Source of the DNA: Nymphaea colorata
Lineage: Eukaryota
Direction of reading: 5' to 3'
NCBI RefSeq assembly: GCF_008831285.2
Contig: NC_045138.2
Coordinates: forward strand, 32,736,001-32,800,000
Length of the DNA stretch: 64,000 bases
The translations under genes were made by a program, and so were the position numbers. The notes beneath the pieces were generated by a model. It saw only the letters and a list, made by a program, of their open reading frames with translations, had not been told where the DNA came from and did not search any database. Positions 1 to 12,267 of the stretch are shown one piece after another. Each line of letters opens with the position of its first letter. Positions within the stretch are counted from its first letter, which is position 1.

Positions 1-3000
1 AATGACATTTTTAACTTGATGGTGGGCATGTTGCTTCATCAAGATCCTAGAGCAGTTACCAGGTCTCACAGGACTGCTTTTCCTTTTGTTGTACGGGTTC
101 ATCATATATTTAGCACAATGACCCTCATACCAATGCATCTAGTTGGCCATGCATTGGTCGTGTCAACAAGTCAGCCATTTATTTTCATTGCATCTAAATG
201 ACATTTCTAACTTGATGGTGTCCATGTTTCTTCATCAAGATCCTAAAGCAGTTCCCAGGTCTCACAGGACTGCTTTCCCATTTGTTGTACGTAGTTCATC
301 GTATATTGAGCGCTCTCATTTACATCACATCCCTTGAGCGCACTTGTCAAGGAGTGCATGTTTTTCATTGACTTTCTTTTTGTCTTACGCATAACCTCTA
401 AAAACTGACCCTTATACCAATGCATCGAGTTGGCCATGCATTGGTCGTGTCAACCAGTCAGCCATTTATTTCAATTTCATGCAAATTACATTTCTAACTT
501 GATGGTGGGTATGTTTCATCATCAAGATCATATAGCAGTTCCCAGGTCTCACAGGACTGCTTTCCCTTTTGTTGTACGGGGTTCATCGAATATTTAGCGC
601 TCTCATTTACATCACATCCCTTGAGCGCACTTGTCAAGTATTGCATATTTTTCATTGACTTTCTTTTTGTCTTACGCAAAACCTCCAAAAACTGACCCTT
701 ATACCAATGCATCTAGTCGGCCATGCATTGGTCGTGTCAACAAGTCAACCATTTATTTCAATTGCATCTAAATGACATTTCTAACTTGATGGTGCGCATG
801 TTTGTTCATCAAGATCCTAGAGCGGTTGCCAGGTCTCACAGGACTGCTTTCCCTTTTGTTGTACGGGGTTCATCGTATATTTAGCGCTCTCATGTACATG
901 TCATCCCTTGAGCGCACTTGTCAACTATTGCATGTTTTTTATTGTCTTTTTTTTTGTCTTACGCATAACCTCCAAAAACTGACCCTTATATCAATGCATC
1001 TAGTTGCCCATGCTTTGGTCGTGTCAACAAGTCAGCCATTTATTTCAATTGCATTAAAATGACATTTCTAACTTGGTGGTGCGCATGCTTCTTCATCAAG
1101 ATCCTAGAGCAGTTCCCAGGTCTAACAGGACTGTTTTTCCTTTTGTTGTGCGGGGCTCATCGTATATTTAGCGCACTCATTTACATCACATCCCTTGAGC
1201 GCATTTGTCAAGTATTGCATGTTTTTCATTGACTTTCATTTTGTCTTACGCATAACCACCAAAAACTGACCCTTATACCAATGCATATAGTTGGTCATGC
1301 ATTGGTCGTGTCAACAAGTCAGTCATTTACTTCAATTGCATCCAAATGACATTTCTAACTTGATGGTGTGCATGGGTCTTCATCAAGATCATAGAGCAGT
1401 TCCCAGGTCCCACAGGACTGCTTTCCCTTTTGTTGTACGGTGTTCATCGACTATTTAGCGCTCTAATGTACATGAAATCCCTTGAGCGCACTTGTCAAGT
1501 ATTACATGTTTCTTCATCAAGATACTAGAGCAGTTCTCAGGTCTCACATGACTGCTTTCCCTTTTATTGTACGGGGTTCATCGTATATTTAGCGCTCTCA
1601 TGTACATGACATCTCTTGAGCGCACTTGCCAAGTATTGCATATTTTTCATTGACTTTCTTTTTGTCTTGCGCATAACCTCAAAAAACTGACGCTTATACC
1701 AATGCATCTAGTAGGCCTTGCATTGGTCGTGTCAACCAGTCTGCCATTTATTTCAATTTCATCCGAATGACATTTTTAACTTGATGGTGGGCATGTTGCT
1801 TCATCAAGATCCTAGAGCAGTTACCAGGTCTCACAGGACTGCTTTTCCTTTTGTTGTACGGGTTCATCATATATTTAGCACAATGACCCTCATACCAATG
1901 CATCTAGTTGGCCATGCATTGGTCGTGTCAACAAGTCAGCCATTTATTTTCATTGCATCTAAATGACATTTCTAACTTGATGGTGTCCATGTTTCTTCAT
2001 CAAGATCCTAAAGCAGTTCCCAGGTCTCACAGGACTGCTTTCCCATTTGTTGTACGTAGTTCATCGTATATTGAGCGCTCTCATTTACATCACATCCCTT
2101 GAGCGCACTTGTCAAGGAGTGCATGTTTTTCATTGACTTTCTTTTTGTCTTACGCATAACCTCTAAAAACTGACCCTTATACCAATGCATCGAGTTGGCC
2201 ATGCATTGGTCGTGTCAACCAGTCAGCCATTTATTTCAATTTCATGCAAATTACATTTCTAACTTGATGGTGGGTATGTTTCATCATCAAGATCATATAG
2301 CAGTTCCCAGGTCTCACAGGACTGCTTTCCCTTTTGTTGTACGGGGTTCATCGAATATTTAGCGCTCTCATTTACATCACATCCCTTGAGCGCACTTGTC
2401 AAGTATTGCATATTTTTCATTGACTTTCTTTTTGTCTTACGCATAACCTCCAAAAACTGACCCTTATACCAATGCATCTAGTCGGCCATGCATTGGTCGT
2501 GTCAACAAGTCAACCATTTATTTCAATTGCATCTAAATGACATTTCTAACTTGATGGTGCGCATGTTTGTTCATCAAGATCCTAGAGCGGTTGCCAGGTC
2601 TCACAGGACTGCTTTCCCTTTTGTTGTACGGGGTTCATCGTATATTTAGCGCTCTCATGTACATGTCATCCCTTGAGCGCACTTGTCAACTATTGCATGT
2701 TTTTTATTGTCTTTTTTTTTGTCTTACGCATAACCTCCAAAAACTGACCCTTATATCAATGCATCTAGTTGCCCATGCTTTGGTCGTGTCAACAAGTCAG
2801 CCATTTATTTCAATTGCATTAAAATGACATTTCTAACTTGGTGGTGCGCATGCTTCTTCATCAAGATCCTAGAGCAGTTCCCAGGTCTAACAGGACTGTT
2901 TTTCCTTTTGTTGTGCGGGGCTCATCGTATATTTAGCGCACTCATTTACATCACATCCCTTGAGCGCATTTGTCAAGTATTGCATGTTTTTCATTGACTT

Positions 3001-6000
3001 TCATTTTGTCTTACGCATAACCACCAAAAACTGACCCTTATACCAATGCATATAGTTGGTCATGCATTGGTCGTGTCAACAAGTCAGTCATTTACTTCAA
3101 TTGCATCCAAATGACATTTCTAACTTGATGGTGTGCATGGGTCTTCATCAAGATCATAGAGCAGTTCCCAGGTCCCACAGGACTGCTTTCCCTTTTGTTG
3201 TACGGTGTTCATCGACTATTTAGCGCTCTAATGTACATGAAATCCCTTGAGCGCACTTGTCAAGTATTACATGTTTCTTCATCAAGATACTAGAGCAGTT
3301 CTCAGGTCTCACATGACTGCTTTCCCTTTTATTGTACGGGGTTCATCGTATATTTAGCGCTCTCATGTACATGACATCTCTTGAGCGCACTTGCCAAGTA
3401 TTGCATATTTTTCATTGACTTTCTTTTTGTCTTGCGCATAACCTCAAAAAACTGACGCTTATACCAATGCATCTAGTAGGCCTTGCATTGGTCGTGTCAA
3501 CCAGTCTGCCATTTATTTCAATTTCATCCGAATGACATTTTTAACTTGATGGTGGGCATGTTGCTTCATCAAGATCCTAGAGCAGTTACCAGGTCTCACA
3601 GGACTGCTTTTCCTTTTGTTGTACGGGTTCATCATATATTTAGCACAATGACCCTCATACCAATGCATCTAGTTGGCCATGCATTGGTCGTGTCAACAAG
3701 TCAGCCATTTATTTTCATTGCATCTAAATGACATTTCTAACTTGATGGTGTCCATGTTTCTTCATCAAGATCCTAAAGCAGTTCCCAGGTCTCACAGGAC
3801 TGCTTTCCCATTTGTTGTACGTAGTTCATCGTATATTGAGCGCTCTCATTTACATCACATCCCTTGAGCGCACTTGTCAAGGAGTGCATGTTTTTCATTG
3901 ACTTTCTTTTTGTCTTACGCATAACCTCTAAAAACTGACCCTTATACCAATGCATCGAGTTGGCCATGCATTGGTCGTGTCAACCAGTCAGCCATTTATT
4001 TCAATTTCATGCAAATTACATTTCTAACTTGATGGTGGGTATGTTTCATCATCAAGATCATATAGCAGTTCCCAGGTCTCACAGGACTGCTTTCCCTTTT
4101 GTTGTACGGGGTTCATCGAATATTTAGCGCTCTCATTTACATCACATCCCTTGAGCGCACTTGTCAAGTATTGCATATTTTTCATTGACTTTCTTTTTGT
4201 CTTACGCAAAACCTCCAAAAACTGACCCTTATACCAATGCATCTAGTCGGCCATGCATTGGTCGTGTCAACAAGTCAACCATTTATTTCAATTGCATCTA
4301 AATGACATTTCTAACTTGATGGTGCGCATGTTTGTTCATCAAGATCCTAGAGCGGTTGCCAGGTCTCACAGGACTGCTTTCCCTTTTGTTGTACGGGGTT
4401 CATCGTATATTTAGCGCTCTCATGTACATGTCATCCCTTGAGCGCACTTGTCAACTATTGCATGTTTTTTATTGTCTTTTTTTTTGTCTTACGCATAACC
4501 TCCAAAACTGACCCTTATATCAATGCATCTAGTTGCCCATGCTTTGGTCGTGTCAACAAGTCAGCCATTTATTTCAATTGCATTAAAATGACATTTCTAA
4601 CTTGGTGGTGCGCATGCTTCTTCATCAAGATCCTAGAGCAGTTCCCAGGTCTAACAGGACTGTTTTTCCTTTTGTTGTGCGGGGCTCATCGTATATTTAG
4701 CGCACTCATTTACATCACATCCCTTGAGCGCATTTGTCAAGTATTGCATGTTTTTCATTGACTTTCATTTTGTCTTACGCATAACCACCAAAAACTGACC
4801 CTTATACCAATGCATATAGTTGGTCATGCATTGGTCGTGTCAACAAGTCAGTCATTTACTTCAATTGCATCCAAATGACATTTCTAACTTGATGGTGTGC
4901 ATGGGTCTTCATCAAGATCATAGAGCAGTTCCCAGGTCCCACAGGACTGCTTTCCCTTTTGTTGTACGGTGTTCATCGACTATTTAGCGCTCTAATGTAC
5001 ATGAAATCCCTTGAGCGCACTTGTCAAGTATTACATGTTTCTTCATCAAGATACTAGAGCAGTTCTCAGGTCTCACATGACTGCTTTCCCTTTTATTGTA
5101 CGGGGTTCATCGTATATTTAGCGCTCTCATGTACATGACATCTCTTGAGCGCACTTGCCAAGTATTGCATATTTTTCATTGACTTTCTTTTTGTCTTGCG
5201 CATAACCTCAAAAAACTGACGCTTATACCAATGCATCTAGTAGGCCTTGCATTGGTCGTGTCAACCAGTCTGCCATTTATTTCAATTTCATCCGAATGAC
5301 ATTTTTAACTTGATGGTGGGCATGTTGCTTCATCAAGATCCTAGAGCAGTTACCAGGTCTCACAGGACTGCTTTTCCTTTTGTTGTACGGGTTCATCATA
5401 TATTTAGCACAATGACCCTCATACCAATGCATCTAGTTGGCCATGCATTGGTCGTGTCAACAAGTCAGCCATTTATTTTCATTGCATCTAAATGACATTT
5501 CTAACTTGATGGTGTCCATGTTTCTTCATCAAGATCCTAAAGCAGTTCCCAGGTCTCACAGGACTGCTTTCCCATTTGTTGTACGTAGTTCATCGTATAT
5601 TGAGCGCTCTCATTTACATCACATCCCTTGAGCGCACTTGTCAAGGAGTGCATGTTTTTCATTGACTTTCTTTTTGTCTTACGCATAACCTCTAAAAACT
5701 GACCCTTATACCAATGCATCGAGTTGGCCATGCATTGGTCGTGTCAACCAGTCAGCCATTTATTTCAATTTCATGCAAATTACATTTCTAACTTGATGGT
5801 GGGTATGTTTCATCATCAAGATCATATAGCAGTTCCCAGGTCTCACAGGACTGCTTTCCCTTTTGTTGTACGGGGTTCATCGAATATTTAGCGCTCTCAT
5901 TTACATCACATCCCTTGAGCGCACTTGTCAAGTATTGCATATTTTTCATTGACTTTCTTTTTGTCTTACGCAAAACCTCCAAAAACTGACCCTTATACCA

Positions 6001-9000
6001 ATGCATCTAGTCGGCCATGCATTGGTCGTGTCAACAAGTCAACCATTTATTTCAATTGCATCTAAATGACATTTCTAACTTGATGGTGCGCATGTTTGTT
6101 CATCAAGATCCTAGAGCGGTTGCCAGGTCTCACAGGACTGCTTTCCCTTTTGTTGTACGGGGTTCATCGTATATTTAGCGCTCTCATGTACATGTCATCC
6201 CTTGAGCGCACTTGTCAACTATTGCATGTTTTTTATTGTCTTTTTTTTTGTCTTACGCATAACCTCCAAAAACTGACCCTTATATCAATGCATCTAGTTG
6301 CCCATGCTTTGGTCGTGTCAACAAGTCAGCCATTTATTTCAATTGCATTAAAATGACATTTCTAACTTGGTGGTGCGCATGCTTCTTCATCAAGATCCTA
6401 GAGCAGTTCCCAGGTCTAACAGGACTGTTTTTCCTTTTGTTGTGCGGGGCTCATCGTATATTTAGCGCACTCATTTACATCACATCCCTTGAGCGCATTT
6501 GTCAAGTATTGCATGTTTTTCATTGACTTTCATTTTGTCTTACGCATAACCACCAAAAACTGACCCTTATACCAATGCATATAGTTGGTCATGCATTGGT
6601 CGTGTCAACAAGTCAGTCATTTACTTCAATTGCATCCAAATGACATTTCTAACTTGATGGTGTGCATGGGTCTTCATCAAGATCATAGAGCAGTTCCCAG
6701 GTCCCACAGGACTGCTTTCCCTTTTGTTGTACGGTGTTCATCGACTATTTAGCGCTCTAATGTACATGAAATCCCTTGAGCGCACTTGTCAAGTATTACA
6801 TGTTTCTTCATCAAGATACTAGAGCAGTTCTCAGGTCTCACATGACTGCTTTCCCTTTTATTGTACGGGGTTCATCGTATATTTAGCGCTCTCATGTACA
6901 TGACATCTCTTGAGCGCACTTGCCAAGTATTGCATATTTTTCATTGACTTTCTTTTTGTCTTGCGCATAACCTCAAAAAACTGACGCTTATACCAATGCA
7001 TCTAGTAGGCCTTGCATTGGTCGTGTCAACCAGTCTGCCATTTATTTCAATTTCATCCGAATGACATTTTTAACTTGATGGTGGGCATGTTGCTTCATCA
7101 AGATCCTAGAGCAGTTACCAGGTCTCACAGGACTGCTTTTCCTTTTGTTGTACGGGTTCATCATATATTTAGCACAATGACCCTCATACCAATGCATCTA
7201 GTTGGCCATGCATTGGTCGTGTCAACAAGTCAGCCATTTATTTTCATTGCATCTAAATGACATTTCTAACTTGATGGTGTCCATGTTTCTTCATCAAGAT
7301 CCTAAAGCAGTTCCCAGGTCTCACAGGACTGCTTTCCCATTTGTTGTACGTAGTTCATCGTATATTGAGCGCTCTCATTTACATCACATCCCTTGAGCGC
7401 ACTTGTCAAGGAGTGCATGTTTTTCATTGACTTTCTTTTTGTCTTACGCATAACCTCTAAAAACTGACCCTTATACCAATGCATCGAGTTGGCCATGCAT
7501 TGGTCGTGTCAACCAGTCAGCCATTTATTTCAATTTCATGCAAATTACATTTCTAACTTGATGGTGGGTATGTTTCATCATCAAGATCATATAGCAGTTC
7601 CCAGGTCTCACAGGACTGCTTTCCCTTTTGTTGTACGGGGTTCATCGAATATTTAGCGCTCTCATTTACATCACATCCCTTGAGCGCACTTGTCAAGTAT
7701 TGCATATTTTTCATTGACTTTCTTTTTGTCTTACGCAAAACCTCCAAAAACTGACCCTTATACCAATGCATCTAGTCGGCCATGCATTGGTCGTGTCAAC
7801 AAGTCAACCATTTATTTCAATTGCATCTAAATGACATTTCTAACTTGATGGTGCGCATGTTTGTTCATCAAGATCCTAGAGCGGTTGCCAGGTCTCACAG
7901 GACTGCTTTCCCTTTTGTTGTACGGGGTTCATCGTATATTTAGCGCTCTCATGTACATGTCATCCCTTGAGCGCACTTGTCAACTATTGCATGTTTTTTA
8001 TTGTCTTTTTTTTTGTCTTACGCATAACCTCCAAAAACTGACCCTTATATCAATGCATCTAGTTGCCCATGCTTTGGTCGTGTCAACAAGTCAGCCATTT
8101 ATTTCAATTGCATTAAAATGACATTTCTAACTTGGTGGTGCGCATGCTTCTTCATCAAGATCCTAGAGCAGTTCCCAGGTCTAACAGGACTGTTTTTCCT
8201 TTTGTTGTGCGGGGCTCATCGTATATTTAGCGCACTCATTTACATCACATCCCTTGAGCGCATTTGTCAAGTATTGCATGTTTTTCATTGACTTTCATTT
8301 TGTCTTACGCATAACCACCAAAAACTGACCCTTATACCAATGCATATAGTTGGTCATGCATTGGTCGTGTCAACAAGTCAGTCATTTACTTCAATTGCAT
8401 CCAAATGACATTTCTAACTTGATGGTGTGCATGGGTCTTCATCAAGATCATAGAGCAGTTCCCAGGTCCCACAGGACTGCTTTCCCTTTTGTTGTACGGT
8501 GTTCATCGACTATTTAGCGCTCTAATGTACATGAAATCCCTTGAGCGCACTTGTCAAGTATTACATGTTTCTTCATCAAGATACTAGAGCAGTTCTCAGG
8601 TCTCACATGACTGCTTTCCCTTTTATTGTACGGGGTTCATCGTATATTTAGCGCTCTCATGTACATGACATCTCTTGAGCGCACTTGCCAAGTATTGCAT
8701 ATTTTTCATTGACTTTCTTTTTGTCTTGCGCATAACCTCAAAAAACTGACGCTTATACCAATGCATCTAGTAGGCCTTGCATTGGTCGTGTCAACCAGTC
8801 TGCCATTTATTTCAATTTCATCCGAATGACATTTTTAACTTGATGGTGGGCATGTTGCTTCATCAAGATCCTAGAGCAGTTACCAGGTCTCACAGGACTG
8901 CTTTTCCTTTTGTTGTACGGGTTCATCATATATTTAGCACAATGACCCTCATACCAATGCATCTAGTTGGCCATGCATTGGTCGTGTCAACAAGTCAGCC

Positions 9001-12000
9001 ATTTATTTTCATTGCATCTAAATGACATTTCTAACTTGATGGTGTCCATGTTTCTTCATCAAGATCCTAAAGCAGTTCCCAGGTCTCACAGGACTGCTTT
9101 CCCATTTGTTGTACGTAGTTCATCGTATATTGAGCGCTCTCATTTACATCACATCCCTTGAGCGCACTTGTCAAGGAGTGCATGTTTTTCATTGACTTTC
9201 TTTTTGTCTTACGCATAACCTCTAAAAACTGACCCTTATACCAATGCATCGAGTTGGCCATGCATTGGTCGTGTCAACCAATCAGCCATTTATTTCAATT
9301 TCATGCAAATTACATTTCTAACTTGATGGTGGGTATGTTTCATCATCAAGATCATATAGCAGTTCCCAGGTCTCACAGGACTGCTTTCCCTTTTGTTGTA
9401 CGGGGTTCATCGAATATTTAGCGCTCTCATTTACATCACATCCCTTGAGCGCACTTGTCAAGTATTGCATATTTTTCATTGACTTTCTTTTTGTCTTACG
9501 CATAACCTCCAAAAACTGACCCTTATACCAATGCATCTAGTCGGCCATGCATTGGTCGTGTCAACAAGTCAACCATTTATTTCAATTGCATCTAAATGAC
9601 ATTTCTAACTTGATGGTGCGCATGTTTGTTCATCAAGATCCTAGAGCGGTTGCCAGGTCTCACAGGACTGCTTTCCCTTTTGTTGTACGGGGTTCATCGT
9701 ATATTTAGCGCTCTCATGTACATGTCATCCCTTGAGCGCACTTGTCAACTATTGCATGTTTTTTATTGTCTTTTTTTTTGTCTTACGCATAACCTCCAAA
9801 AACTGACCCTTATATCAATGCATCTAGTTGCCCATGCTTTGGTCGTGTCAACAAGTCAGCCATTTATTTCAATTGCATTAAAATGACATTTCTAACTTGG
9901 TGGTGCGCATGCTTCTTCATCAAGATCCTAGAGCAGTTCCCAGGTCTAACAGGACTGTTTTTCCTTTTGTTGTGCGGGGCTCATCGTATATTTAGCGCAC
10001 TCATTTACATCACATCCCTTGAGCGCATTTGTCAAGTATTGCATGTTTTTCATTGACTTTCATTTTGTCTTACGCATAACCACCAAAAACTGACCCTTAT
10101 ACCAATGCATATAGTTGGTCATGCATTGGTCGTGTCAACAAGTCAGTCATTTACTTCAATTGCATCCAAATGACATTTCTAACTTGATGGTGTGCATGGG
10201 TCTTCATCAAGATCATAGAGCAGTTCCCAGGTCCCACAGGACTGCTTTCCCTTTTGTTGTACGGTGTTCATCGACTATTTAGCGCTCTAATGTACATGAA
10301 ATCCCTTGAGCGCACTTGTCAAGTATTACATGTTTCTTCATCAAGATACTAGAGCAGTTCTCAGGTCTCACATGACTGCTTTCCCTTTTATTGTACGGGG
10401 TTCATCGTATATTTAGCGCTCTCATGTACATGACATCTCTTGAGCGCACTTGCCAAGTATTGCATATTTTTCATTGACTTTCTTTTTGTCTTGCGCATAA
10501 CCTCAAAAAACTGACGCTTATACCAATGCATCTAGTAGGCCTTGCATTGGTCGTGTCAACCAGTCTGCCATTTATTTCAATTTCATCCGAATGACATTTT
10601 TAACTTGATGGTGGGCATGTTGCTTCATCAAGATCCTAGAGCAGTTACCAGGTCTCACAGGACTGCTTTTCCTTTTGTTGTACGGGTTCATCATATATTT
10701 AGCACAATGACCCTCATACCAATGCATCTAGTTGGCCATGCATTGGTCGTGTCAACAAGTCAGCCATTTATTTTCATTGCATCTAAATGACATTTCTAAC
10801 TTGATGGTGTCCATGTTTCTTCATCAAGATCCTAAAGCAGTTCCCAGGTCTCACAGGACTGCTTTCCCATTTGTTGTACGTAGTTCATCGTATATTGAGC
10901 GCTCTCATTTACATCACATCCCTTGAGCGCACTTGTCAAGGAGTGCATGTTTTTCATTGACTTTCTTTTTGTCTTACGCATAACCTCTAAAAACTGACCC
11001 TTATACCAATGCATCGAGTTGGCCATGCATTGGTCGTGTCAACCAGTCAGCCATTTATTTCAATTTCATGCAAATTACATTTCTAACTTGATGGTGGGTA
11101 TGTTTCATCAGATCATATAGCAGTTCCCAGGTCTCACAGGACTGCTTTCCCTTTTGTTGTACGGGGTTCATCGAATATTTAGCGCTCTCATTTACATCAC
11201 ATCCCTTGAGCGCACTTGTCAAGTATTGCATATTTTTCATTGACTTTCTTTTTGTCTTACGCATAACCTCCAAAAACTGACCCTTATACCAATGCATCTA
11301 GTCGGCCATGCATTGGTCGTGTCAACAAGTCAACCATTTATTTCAATTGCATCTAAATGACATTTCTAACTTGATGGTGCGCATGTTTGTTCATCAAGAT
11401 CCTAGAGCGGTTGCCAGGTCTCACAGGACTGCTTTCCCTTTTGTTGTACGGGGTTCATCGTATATTTAGCGCTCTCATGTACATGTCATCCCTTGAGCGC
11501 ACTTGTCAACTATTGCATGTTTTTTATTGTCTTTTTTTTTGTCTTACGCATAACCTCCAAAAACTGACCCTTATATCAATGCATCTAGTTGCCCATGCTT
11601 TGGTCGTGTCAACAAGTCAGCCATTTATTTCAATTGCATTAAAATGACATTTCTAACTTGGTGGTGCGCATGCTTCTTCATCAAGATCCTAGAGCAGTTC
11701 CCAGGTCTAACAGGACTGTTTTTCCTTTTGTTGTGCGGGGCTCATCGTATATTTAGCGCACTCATTTACATCACATCCCTTGAGCGCATTTGTCAAGTAT
11801 TGCATGTTTTTCATTGACTTTCATTTTGTCTTACGCATAACCACCAAAAACTGACCCTTATACCAATGCATATAGTTGGTCATGCATTGGTCGTGTCAAC
11901 AAGTCAGTCATTTACTTCAATTGCATCCAAATGACATTTCTAACTTGATGGTGTGCATGGGTCTTCATCAAGATCATAGAGCAGTTCCCAGGTCCCACAG

Positions 12001-12267
12001 GACTGCTTTCCCTTTTGTTGTACGGTGTTCATCGACTATTTAGCGCTCTAATGTACATGAAATCCCTTGAGCGCACTTGTCAAGTATTACATGTTTCTTC
12101 ATCAAGATACTAGAGCAGTTCTCAGGTCTCACATGACTGCTTTCCCTTTTATTGTACGGGGTTCATCGTATATTTAGCGCTCTCATGTACATGACATCTC
12201 TTGAGCGCACTTGCCAAGTATTGCATATTTTTCATTGACTTTCTTTTTGTCTTGCGCATAACCTCAA
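1..12267. repeat. Homogeneous 1765-bp higher-order repeat (7-mer: 196+287+287+287+287+134+287 bp), ~7 copies
   Basis: Identical ORFs recur at 1718, 3483, 5247, 7012, 8777 and 10542 (spacing 1765/1764). Differences I could see between copies: an A/T SNP (cgcaAaacc vs cgcaTaacc), a 1-bp deletion ~4505, a G>A ~9281 and a 4-bp deletion ~11110. Confidence 0.96.

Noticed and set aside
170..240. Minus-strand TGATGA...CTGA spacing (~67 nt) suggesting a tandem C/D snoRNA array
   Set aside because: Box C lacks the leading purine, there is no terminal stem, the CTGA is mutated in many monomers, and no rRNA-antisense element was recognised. An Rfam or snoScan search would settle it.
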